From Kineococcus radiotolerans SRS30216 = ATCC BAA-149 (GTDB lineage Bacteria; Actinomycetota; Actinomycetes; Actinomycetales; Kineococcaceae), in contig NC_009664.2 of the NCBI RefSeq assembly GCF_000017305.1, positions 2,760,001 through 2,792,000 of the forward strand: a stretch of DNA of 32,000 nt. Direction: 5' to 3'. Below the pieces are notes generated by a model that was not told where the DNA came from, made no database searches, and saw only the letters and a program-made list of their open reading frames with translations. The translations under genes and the position numbers were made by a program. This document shows positions 1-9,916 of this stretch, in pieces; within the stretch, counting starts at the first letter, position 1; each line of letters begins with the position of its first letter.

Positions 1-764
1 CCAGCGCCGGGCACCTGCCGCCGCTGCTGCGCCGCGGCGGCGCGGCCGACGGGGAGCCCCGGCGCGTGGAGGTCCTCAGCGAGGCCACCGGCACCCTCGT
101 CGGGCTGGGCGAGCGCCCCCGCCCCACCCGCGAACGGGCCCTGGCCCCCGGCGACGTCCTGGTCTTCTACACCGACGGGCTCATCGAGACCCGGGCCCGG
201 CCCATGCACGACGGCCTCGAGGTCCTCGTCGACGTCCTCGGCCGCTCCCGGGCCCGCGACGCGGCCGGCATCGGCGAGGAGCTGCTCGCCGGGCTCGGCG
301 ACACCCCCGAGGACGACACCGCCATCGTCGTCGTCCGGGTCCCCGAGGAGTCCGAGCGCGACGGCGAGCCGCTGCCCACCGCCGACACCCCCCGCCGCCG
401 CCGCTGGCAGCTGCCCTCGGAGCCCTCCTCCATCGGCAAGGCCCGCCACGCGACCCTGCGCGCCTGCGCGGTCTGGGGCCTGGAGGTCGGCCCCCAGGCC
501 GAGATCGTCGTGTCCGAGCTCGTCGCCAACGCCGTCCTGCACGGCTGGGGGACCGTCGGGCTGCGGCTGTTCGACCTGCCCGGCGCGCTGCGCCTGGAGG
601 TCGAGGACGACAGCCCCGAGGAGCCGCAGGTCGTCGAGGCCCGCCCCGACGGCGGCGGCGGGCACGGCATGCGCCTGGTCGCCTCGCTGGGGCGGTGGGG
701 GACCACCCGCACCCGCCGGGGGAAGATCGTGTGGGTCGAGATCCCCACCGCCCCCGAGGACTGA
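1..764 (+). CDS. C-terminal part of a SpoIIE/PP2C-type phosphatase fused to an RsbW/SpoIIAB-like HATPase_c (anti-sigma-type kinase) domain; the 5-prime end lies outside the window
   Basis: Frame 3 is open from the window edge (SAGHLPPLLRRGG...). PP2C-type motifs are VLVFYTDGLIE and DDTAIVVVR. Downstream, EIVVSELVANAVLHG and GGGHGMRLV resemble the N-box and G-box of HATPase_c. Stop TGA at 762-764. Confidence 0.8.
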   Translation, partial: SAGHLPPLLRRGGAADGEPRRVEVLSEATGTLVGLGERPRPTRERALAPGDVLVFYTDGLIETRARPMHDGLEVLVDVLGRSRARDAAGIGEELLAGLGDTPEDDTAIVVVRVPEESERDGEPLPTADTPRRRRWQLPSEPSSIGKARHATLRACAVWGLEVGPQAEIVVSELVANAVLHGWGTVGLRLFDLPGALRLEVEDDSPEEPQVVEARPDGGGGHGMRLVASLGRWGTTRTRRGKIVWVEIPTAPED

Positions 765-793
765 CCGCCGAAGAACGAGGAGAGGAGGCCCCC

Positions 794-1231
794 GTGGCCA
801 CCGGGACGAACCTGCTGGGCGGACCCCCGCCCACCCACCTGCCCGCGATCCCCGCCGTCGACGCGGCGCTGGCCGCCGGGACCGACCCCGCCGAGGTCGC
901 CGCCGCGCACCCGGCGGCGTCGCTGCCGTGGGCGCTGCTGGGCGAGCGCGCGCTGGCCGCGGGCGGGGCGGTCACGACGACCGACGCCGTGACCGCCTAC
1001 GCCTTCGCCCGCACCGGGTACCACCGCGGGCTGGACGCGCTGCGGCGCGCGGGCTGGCGCGGCCACGGCCCGGTGCCGTGGGCCCACGAGCCCAACCGGG
1101 GCTTCCTGCGCGCCCTCGCCGTCCTGCAGCGGGCCGCGGAGCGCATCGGGGAGACCGAGGAGGCCGTGCGCTGCACCACGTTCCTCCACGACTGCGACCC
1201 CGTCGCGGCGCGGGAGCTGCTGCCCTCGTGA
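794..1231 (+). CDS. DUF3151-family protein
   Basis: GTG at 794 is preceded by GAGGAGAGGAGG. Characteristic strings are NLLGGPPPT, ARTGYHRGLDALRRAGWRGHGPVPW and HEPNRGFLRAL. This family commonly sits near purA/fba in actinobacteria. Confidence 0.8.
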   Translation: MATGTNLLGGPPPTHLPAIPAVDAALAAGTDPAEVAAAHPAASLPWALLGERALAAGGAVTTTDAVTAYAFARTGYHRGLDALRRAGWRGHGPVPWAHEPNRGFLRALAVLQRAAERIGETEEAVRCTTFLHDCDPVAARELLPS

Positions 1232-2274
1232 ACGACGCCGCCGGGGCGACCCCCGAACGTCCCGTCCTGGTCGTGGGGGCGGGGATCTCCGGGCTGGCCT
1301 GCGCCCGGGTGCTGGCCGACGCCGGGGTCCCCGTCCGCGTCCTCGACCGCGGCCGCCGCGTGGGCGGGCGGATGAGCGGGCGGCGGGTCGAGACGGCCGT
1401 CGGCACCCGCGTCGTCGACCTCGGGGCGTCGTACTTCACCGTGAGCGGGTCCGGCGGCTTCGCCGCCCAGGTCGCGGACTGGCAGGCCCGGGGCCTGGCC
1501 CACCCCTGGACCGACACCTTCGCCACGATCTCCGGGCGCGCCGACGACGGCGGCGGGATCACCGGTTCCTCCTCCGGCCCGGTGCGCTGGGGCGCGGGCG
1601 GGGGGCTGCGCACGCTGCTGGACGACCTGGTCGAACCCCCGGGCCGCGAGCGGCTGGACGTCGTGCACGGCATCGACGTCGAGGCCGTCGACGTCGGCCC
1701 CGACGGGCCGACCGCGGACGGGCGCCCCGCCGCGGCCGTCGTGCTCGCGATGCCCGACCCGCAGGCCGCGGACCTGCTGCCGCGCATGGTCGCCAGCCGG
1801 CTGGACGTGTCCGCGCGGTGGAACTGGCGCCCCTGCATCGCCGTGTACGCGGCGTGGCCGCAGCGGTGGTGGCCGGACTTCCACGGCGCCTTCGTCAACG
1901 ACTCCGACCTGCTCGTCTTCCTCGGCGACGACGGGTCCCGGCGCGGGGACGGCGCCCCCGTCCTCGTCGCCCACGTCGCCCCCGACGTCTCCAGCGACCA
2001 CCTGGACGCCCCGGCCGCGATCGTGCCGCGGGTGCTGGCCGAGCTCGGCCCGCTGCTGGGCGTGCCGGCCACGCCCGAGGCCACCTGGGCGCGGGCCCAC
2101 CGCTGGTCGCTGGCCTCCCCCCTGCGCCAGCACACCGGGGCCAGCAGCGGGTGGGACGAGGTCAGCCGCACCGGTGTCTGCGGCGACGCCTGGGGCGAGC
2201 GGTCCAAGGTGCAGACGGCGTGGGAGTCCGGCACGGCCCTGGGCGGGGACCTCGCCGCGCGCTTCGCGCGCTGA
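1228..2274 (+). CDS. NAD(P)/FAD-dependent oxidoreductase (amine-oxidase/renalase-like)
   Basis: GTG at 1228 overlaps the upstream stop (GTGA). The N-terminal dinucleotide fold is VLVVGAGISGLACARVLADAGVPVRVLDRGRRVGGR. The part of the track ORF upstream of 1228 is a shadow of the DUF3151 gene. Confidence 0.75.
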   Translation: MNDAAGATPERPVLVVGAGISGLACARVLADAGVPVRVLDRGRRVGGRMSGRRVETAVGTRVVDLGASYFTVSGSGGFAAQVADWQARGLAHPWTDTFATISGRADDGGGITGSSSGPVRWGAGGGLRTLLDDLVEPPGRERLDVVHGIDVEAVDVGPDGPTADGRPAAAVVLAMPDPQAADLLPRMVASRLDVSARWNWRPCIAVYAAWPQRWWPDFHGAFVNDSDLLVFLGDDGSRRGDGAPVLVAHVAPDVSSDHLDAPAAIVPRVLAELGPLLGVPATPEATWARAHRWSLASPLRQHTGASSGWDEVSRTGVCGDAWGERSKVQTAWESGTALGGDLAARFAR

Positions 2275-2296
2275 CCGCCCCGGGGCCACCACCCGG

Positions 2297-4167
<1,871 letters not shown>

Positions 4168-4192
4168 GGCGCACCCCCGCCGCGGGCGCGGT

Positions 4193-5839
4193 TCAGCGCG
4201 GCGGCCGGGCGGGCACGAACCACGCGGCGGTGTCCACCGGCAGCACGCCCCCGGGCCCCGGGCCCGAGCGCACGAGGACCTCCACCCCGGCCGGCAGCTC
4301 GACGTCGCCGGGGCCGAAGTTCACCCACACGCGGGTCGTCCCGCGCGCGTAGGCGAGCACCCCCTCGGGGGCCTCGTCCCAGCGCAGCGGGTCCGCCGCG
4401 GCCACCAGCTCGCGCCGCAGGTGCAGCACCCGGCGGTAGAGGTTCAGCGTGGAGGCCGGGTCGCGGTCCTGGGCCTGCGCGCTCAGCGCCGCCCAGCCCG
4501 CCGGCTGCGGCAACGCGGGCGCGGGCGAGCCGGGCGGGGAGAACCCGAACGGCGGCCGGTCCCCGGACCAGGGCAGCGGCACCCGGGACCCCTCCCGCCC
4601 GGGGTCGGCGCCGCCGGAACGGGTGTGGATCGGGTCGCGGCGCAGCGCGTCGGGCAGGTCCTCGACCTCCTCCAGCCCCAGCTCCTCGCCGTTGAACACG
4701 TACACCAGACCGGGCAGCGCCGCGGTCAGCAGGAACGCCGCCCGGGCCCGGGCCCGGCCCAGGGCCAGGTCCGGCACCTCCTCGCCCCAGCGCGCCCGCT
4801 CGGTCACGTTCGAGCCGTGCTCGGGCGGCTGGGAACGGGCGTAGCGGGTGACCTGGCGCACCACGTCGTGGTTGGTCAGCGCCCACGCGCTCGGGGCCCC
4901 GGTCAGCTCCGCGACGGCGAGCCCGCGCTCGACCACCCGCCGCCACGGCCCCTCCCGCCAGGCCACGTGCAGGGGGTCGAACTCGAAGGCCATGTGCAGC
5001 TCGTCGGGGCGCAGGTACAGCGGCAGGCGCTCGCGGCGGGCGACCCACGCCTCGGCGACGAAGACCCGCGGCGGGTCGTAGGCGTCGGCCACCGCGCGCC
5101 ACTCCCGGTACACCTCGTGCACCTCGTCCTGGTCCCAGCCCGGGTGCTCCTCGGTGCGCCGGTCGCGGCCGAGGGCGTCGGGCAGCCCGTCCTGCTTCAG
5201 CAGCCCGTGGGCGACGTCGACGCGGAAGCCGTCGACCCCGCGGTCGAACCAGAACCGCAGCACGTCGACGAACTCGGCGCGGACCTCGGGGTTGCGCCAG
5301 TCCAGGTCCGGCTGCTCGGGGGCGAAGGAGTGCAGGTACCACTCGCCCGGGCGCCCGTCCGGGCCGGGCGCCCGCGTCCACGACGGGCCCCCGAAGCAGC
5401 TCTCCCAGTCGTTGGGCGGCAGCTCGCCGTCCGCGCCCCGGCCGGGGCGGAACAGGTACCGCGCCCGGGCCCGGGCGTCCCCGGCCAGCGCGGCCCGGAA
5501 CCACGCGTGGGTGCTCGAGGTGTGGTTCGGGACGATGTCCAGCAGGACCTTCAGGCCCAGCTCGTGGGCCTCCCGCAGGAACGCCTCGGCCTCCTCCAGG
5601 CCGCCCAGCGCGGGGTCGACGTCGCGGTAGTCGTCGACGTCGTAGCCGTTGTCGGCCAGCGGGGAGGGGTACCAGGGGTTCACCCACACCGCGTCCACGC
5701 CGAGCCCGGCCAGGTGCGGCAGCCGCGCCCGCAGCCCGGCGAGGTCGCCGAGGCCGTCGCCGTCGCCGTCGGCGAAGCTGCGGGGGAGGACCTGGTAGAC
5801 GGCGGCGGTCCGCCACCACGGGACGGGCGGGTCGATCAC
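4193..5839 (-). CDS. Glycoside hydrolase family 13 alpha-glucosidase / oligo-1,6-glucosidase-like
   Basis: WWRTAAVYQVLPRSFADGDGDGLGDLAG, GVDAVWVNPWYPSP, DIVPNHTS, GFRVDVAH and FVAEAW are the conserved GH13 regions. Confidence 0.9.
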   Translation of the reverse strand: MIDPPVPWWRTAAVYQVLPRSFADGDGDGLGDLAGLRARLPHLAGLGVDAVWVNPWYPSPLADNGYDVDDYRDVDPALGGLEEAEAFLREAHELGLKVLLDIVPNHTSSTHAWFRAALAGDARARARYLFRPGRGADGELPPNDWESCFGGPSWTRAPGPDGRPGEWYLHSFAPEQPDLDWRNPEVRAEFVDVLRFWFDRGVDGFRVDVAHGLLKQDGLPDALGRDRRTEEHPGWDQDEVHEVYREWRAVADAYDPPRVFVAEAWVARRERLPLYLRPDELHMAFEFDPLHVAWREGPWRRVVERGLAVAELTGAPSAWALTNHDVVRQVTRYARSQPPEHGSNVTERARWGEEVPDLALGRARARAAFLLTAALPGLVYVFNGEELGLEEVEDLPDALRRDPIHTRSGGADPGREGSRVPLPWSGDRPPFGFSPPGSPAPALPQPAGWAALSAQAQDRDPASTLNLYRRVLHLRRELVAAADPLRWDEAPEGVLAYARGTTRVWVNFGPGDVELPAGVEVLVRSGPGPGGVLPVDTAAWFVPARPPR

Positions 5840-5891
5840 CGGATCACTGTGCCCGCCCGGCCCCGCGACCGCACGCCCCGCGCCCCGGCGG

Positions 5892-8800
5892 TCAGCGCGC
5901 GGCGGGGGAGCCGGGCCCCCCGTCCGCCCGGCGCGGGCCGCCGAGCTCGACGGTGACCTCGCGGTGCCCGCCCTCCTCGACCTCCACGGCCGTCGCGACC
6001 GGGGGGTGACCGGCGGCGGTGAGGGTGTACCGGCCCTGCGAGAGGTCGTCGAAGTGGAAGGAGCCCCCGGTGTCGGTGGTGGCGCTGTCGACGACGGCGC
6101 CCCCGTCGTCGACCAGCGTCACCGACGCCTCGGGGACGCCGCGCCCGTCGCTGCCCGCGGAGACCTGGCCGATGAGCCGGCCCCCGTGGCTGAGCCGGAC
6201 GTCGACGGCGAGGTCGGCGCCGGGGCCGACCTCGACGGCCTGGGCGACCGGGCGGAAGGACTCCCCGAGCACGCTGAGGATGTAGCTGCCGGCGACGAGG
6301 TCGCCGAACCGGTACTGGCCGGAGGCGTCGGAGCGGGTGGTGGCGACGACGTCGCCGCGCACGTCCAGCAGGGTCAGCACCCCGCCGCCGACCGGCTGCG
6401 TCCCGTCCGCGCCGGTCAGCACCCCGTGCAGGGCGGCGTTGCCGACGAGCCGGACGTCGTGGCGCACGGTGCGGTCGGACACCGCGACCAGGTGCGCGGC
6501 GGGCCGCGCCTCGGCGGCGGCGACGATGAGCACGAACGTCCCGCCCGCCGTCAGCGGCAGCTCGTAGAGGCCCACCTCGTCGGAGCCGGCCCGCGCGACC
6601 TGCCGCCCGGCCTGGTCGGTGATCGTCAGCGCGGCCCCGGCCAGGGGGTGGCCCGCGGGGTCGGTGACCAGCCCGACGATCCCCAGCGGCAGGTCCGCGG
6701 CCACGCGGGCCACCCGCTGCTCGGCGGGCATCCCGTGCGGGGTCGCCGCCAGCGCCGGGTCCACGGGGTGGCGGCGTTCCTCGCGCGGGACGGGGACCTC
6801 CGCGGGGCTGTCCGCGCGGCTCGGGGCCGCCTCGGGGGCGGGGGCGGTGGCGGTGGCGGTGGCTCCGGTGTCTCCGGCGGCCAGCAGCGCCTCGAGGCTG
6901 CGGCCCTCCGCGTCGACGTTGGGGACCAGCCGCTGCATCCAGCGCGGCATCCACCACGCGGCGTCGCCCAGCAGGGTCAGGGCCGCGGGCATGATGACCA
7001 TGCGGACGACGAGGGCGTCGGCCAGGACGCCGACGGTCAGGGCCATCCCGATCGAGCCGATGATCTGGTCGCCGCTGGTGGCGAAGCCGACGAAGACGCC
7101 GGACATGATGAGCGCCGCCGCGACGACGACGGGGCCCGAGCGGCGGAACCCGGCGAGGACGGCGTCCTTGGGGCGGCGGCCGTGGGCGTGCTGCTCGTGG
7201 ATCGCCGAGACCAGGAACATCTGGTAGTCCATCGCCAGGCCGAAGAGGATGCCGACGACCAGCACCGGCATGAAGCTCAGCAGCGGCGCGGGCTGGGCGA
7301 CGCCGAACACGTCGGAGAGCCAGCCCCACTGGTAGATCGCCACCACCGCGCCGAGGCTCGCGCCCAGGGAGAGCAGGAACCCGACGGTGGCCAGCAGCGG
7401 CACCGCCAGCGAGCGGAACAGCATGATCAGCAGGAACAGGGCGAGGACGACGATGAGCGCGATGTAGACCGGCAGCGCGTCGTTCAGGGAGTCGGTGACG
7501 TCGATGTCCAGCGCCGTCTGGCCGGTGACGAGGACCTCGGCGCCGTCGGTGCCCGACGTCGCGGAGCGCAGGTCGCGGACCAGCTCGCTGGTCTTCTCGT
7601 CGGTCGGCCCGCTGGCGGGGACGACGGTGATGAGCTGCGCGGTCCCGTCGGCCGAGGGGATCCCGGGCAGCACCGCGGCGACGTCGTCGAGGCCCTGCAC
7701 CCGCGTCGCCACCTCACCGGCCGCGGTGGCCACGGCGGCGGCGTCGTCGCCGTTCACGAGGACGATGAGGGTGGACTGCGAGCCCGGGCCGAAGCCCTGC
7801 ACCAGCAGGTCGTAGGCCTGGCGCGAGGAGCTGGCCGGGTCGTCGTTCTCCGCCGAGGGCAGCGCGGTGCGCATCGAGGCGACCGGGATCGCGACCGCTC
7901 CGACGAGGACCACCGCGGCGAGCAGCGCCAGGACCGGGTGCCCGGTCACGCCGCGGGCCCAGCGGCCCAGCAGCCCGGGCCCGGCCAGGTCGGCCAGGGC
8001 GTGGTCGTCGCTCTCCGCGGCCGCGCGCAGACCCGCCGGGTCGCGGTGGCGCTCCTTCTTCGGCAGGACCCTCAGGCCCAGCACCTTGAGGAAGGCGGGC
8101 ACCGCGGTCAGCGCCACGACGACGGCGATGGCGACGGTCGCCGCGGCCGCCAGCCCCATCTGGGTGAGGAACGGGATGTTCACCACCGACAGCCCGACGA
8201 GGGCGATGACGACCGTCGTGCCGGCGAAGACGACGGCGGTGCCGGCCGTCCCGGTGGCCTTGGCGATGGCCTGGTCCAGGCCCACCCCGCGCCGCAGCTC
8301 GGTGCGGGTGCGGGCGAAGACGAAGAGCGCGTAGTCGATGCCGACGGCCAGCCCCAGCATCCCGGCCAGCGCCGGGGTCGTGGCGGAGAGGGAGACCACG
8401 TTGCCCAGCGCCGTGATGCCGAGGATCCCGGCGCCGACGCCGATCCCGGCGGTCAGCAGGTTCGCGCCCGCCGCGGCCAGCGCCCCGTAGGTGAGGACGA
8501 GCACGAGGGCCGCGACGGCGACCCCGATCGCCTCGCTGGTGTGCCCGGCCTCGGTCGTCACGACCTGCGACGTCATCTCGACGCGGACGGGGCCGGCGTC
8601 GTGGTCGGTGGCCGCCTGCAGCGCCTCGACCTGCTCGGGGGTGACGTCCCCGACCAGCCCGTCGAAGGTGACCGTCGAGGAGGCGATCGTCTGGTCGCGC
8701 GAGACCATCGGGGTCTGGGGCGCGAGCGGGTCGCTGACGGAGACGACGCCCTCTATGCCGCGCAGCTGCGCGAGGACGCCCTGGAGGGCGCCGGCGTTCT

Positions 8801-9068
8801 CGGCGGTGGTGAGGGTCTGGCCCGCCGGCGCCTGGAACACGACGGTGGCGGTCGCGTCGTTCGCCCCGGCCGAGAACTTCTCCTCGACGAGGTCCAGCCC
8901 CTCGCTGGCCTCCGTGCCCGGGATGGAGAAGCTGGTGTCCGTCGCGGCGGTCTTCTCGACGCCGTAGGCCAGGCCCCCCAGGACGGCCAGCAGCACGGCC
9001 CAGACGGCCAGCACCAGCCAGTGGCGGCGGGCGCTGAACCGCCCCAGTCGGTACAGCAGGGTTGCCAT
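5892..9068 (-). CDS. MMPL/RND-superfamily membrane transporter with a C-terminal extension of three carboxypeptidase-regulatory-like beta-sandwich repeats
   Basis: ATG at 9068 is preceded by GAAGGAG. MATLLYRLGRFSARRHWLVLAVWAVLL is a typical MMPL N-terminus, followed by two 6-TM bundles. The C-terminal roughly 250 aa form three ~80-aa repeats (G-x-V-x-D..G.P..GA.VTL.D..G......T...G.Y.F..L..G.Y.L). Confidence 0.88.
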   Translation of the reverse strand: MATLLYRLGRFSARRHWLVLAVWAVLLAVLGGLAYGVEKTAATDTSFSIPGTEASEGLDLVEEKFSAGANDATATVVFQAPAGQTLTTAENAGALQGVLAQLRGIEGVVSVSDPLAPQTPMVSRDQTIASSTVTFDGLVGDVTPEQVEALQAATDHDAGPVRVEMTSQVVTTEAGHTSEAIGVAVAALVLVLTYGALAAAGANLLTAGIGVGAGILGITALGNVVSLSATTPALAGMLGLAVGIDYALFVFARTRTELRRGVGLDQAIAKATGTAGTAVVFAGTTVVIALVGLSVVNIPFLTQMGLAAAATVAIAVVVALTAVPAFLKVLGLRVLPKKERHRDPAGLRAAAESDDHALADLAGPGLLGRWARGVTGHPVLALLAAVVLVGAVAIPVASMRTALPSAENDDPASSSRQAYDLLVQGFGPGSQSTLIVLVNGDDAAAVATAAGEVATRVQGLDDVAAVLPGIPSADGTAQLITVVPASGPTDEKTSELVRDLRSATSGTDGAEVLVTGQTALDIDVTDSLNDALPVYIALIVVLALFLLIMLFRSLAVPLLATVGFLLSLGASLGAVVAIYQWGWLSDVFGVAQPAPLLSFMPVLVVGILFGLAMDYQMFLVSAIHEQHAHGRRPKDAVLAGFRRSGPVVVAAALIMSGVFVGFATSGDQIIGSIGMALTVGVLADALVVRMVIMPAALTLLGDAAWWMPRWMQRLVPNVDAEGRSLEALLAAGDTGATATATAPAPEAAPSRADSPAEVPVPREERRHPVDPALAATPHGMPAEQRVARVAADLPLGIVGLVTDPAGHPLAGAALTITDQAGRQVARAGSDEVGLYELPLTAGGTFVLIVAAAEARPAAHLVAVSDRTVRHDVRLVGNAALHGVLTGADGTQPVGGGVLTLLDVRGDVVATTRSDASGQYRFGDLVAGSYILSVLGESFRPVAQAVEVGPGADLAVDVRLSHGGRLIGQVSAGSDGRGVPEASVTLVDDGGAVVDSATTDTGGSFHFDDLSQGRYTLTAAGHPPVATAVEVEEGGHREVTVELGGPRRADGGPGSPAAR

Positions 9069-9130
9069 CGGGGTGGCTCCTTCGCGGGTCGTCACGAGAA
9101 CCGTCGGCTCCGGTGGCGACGTTCCGTCCT

Positions 9131-9146
9131 GGCTGATCGGCTGATC
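9131..9146. repeat. Direct repeat GGCTGATC x2 carrying the half-site of the nearby palindrome
   Basis: GGCTGATCGGCTGATC contains GATCGGCT, which is the right half of the 9187-9202 palindrome. Confidence 0.5.
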
Positions 9147-9186
9147 GACGGTACCCCGGTCCCGGGGGCCCGTCCAAGGGAACGGC

Positions 9187-9202
9187 CTAGCCGATCGGCT
9201 AG
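9187..9202. promoter_or_regulatory. Perfect 16-bp palindrome CTAGCCGATCGGCTAG; candidate TetR operator in the MMPL/TetR divergent region
   Basis: Exactly self-complementary. Lies 73 bp upstream of the tetR start and 119 bp upstream of the MMPL start. Confidence 0.55.
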
Positions 9203-9274
9203 TTCCTGACCGCCGTGAGTCGTGCCTGCGGATACAGTGGCGAGGACGGCCACCAGGCACCGGACGGGAGATCC

Positions 9275-9859
9275 ATGACGGCGACGGTCGGCGACGCCCG
9301 CCCCGCGGGCCCCGGGCGGACGCGGCTGCACGAGGCCGCCCTGCGGCTCTTCGCCGACCACGGGGTCAACGGGACGTCGCTGCAGATGATCGCCGACGAG
9401 ATGGGCGTGACCAAGGCCGCCGTCTACCACCACTACCGCACCAAGGAGGAGCTCGTCGTCGGGGTGGTGACCCCCTTCCTCGACCGGGTCTCCGAGGTCC
9501 TCGAGCACGCCCGGACCCGCCGGGGGCGGCGGGCGCAGGTCGAGACCGTCCTCGAGGGCCTCGTCGACCTCGTCGTCGACGCGCGGCGGATGTACGTCGT
9601 CACGGCCGTGGACCCGGTCATCGCCCACCTGCACGAGCACCACCCGCGGATGCGCGAGGTCGGCGGGGAGATGCGCGAGCTGCTCGCCGGGCCCGACGCC
9701 GAGCCCGGGCGCCGCGTCGCGGTGGCCTTCTTCCTCTCCGGGGTCATCGGGCCGCTGGCCGACCCCACCTGCGGCGACGTCGACGACGACGCCCTGCGCG
9801 CGATGGTCATGGACGTCGGGCGGCAGCTCCTGCTGCCGCGCAGGGCCTCCAGGGGGTGA
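9275..9859 (+). CDS. TetR/AcrR family transcriptional regulator
   Basis: The HTH is RLHEAALRLFADHGVNGTSLQMIADEMGVTKAAVYHHYRTKEEL. ATG 9275 is preceded by GGGAG. Divergent from the MMPL gene. Confidence 0.9.
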   Translation: MTATVGDARPAGPGRTRLHEAALRLFADHGVNGTSLQMIADEMGVTKAAVYHHYRTKEELVVGVVTPFLDRVSEVLEHARTRRGRRAQVETVLEGLVDLVVDARRMYVVTAVDPVIAHLHEHHPRMREVGGEMRELLAGPDAEPGRRVAVAFFLSGVIGPLADPTCGDVDDDALRAMVMDVGRQLLLPRRASRG

Positions 9860-9916
9860 GTCCCGCTGATCACGATCGCCCTCCTCAGCGAGCTGCTCGT
9901 CGTCGTCGACTTCCTG

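Noticed and set aside
6838-6870. GGCGGT-type trinucleotide periodicity (GGTGGCGGTGGCGGTGGC).
   Set aside because: It is simply the coding sequence of a short Thr/Ala linker (TGATATATAPAP) between the MMPL core and the C-terminal repeats, and is too short to be notable.
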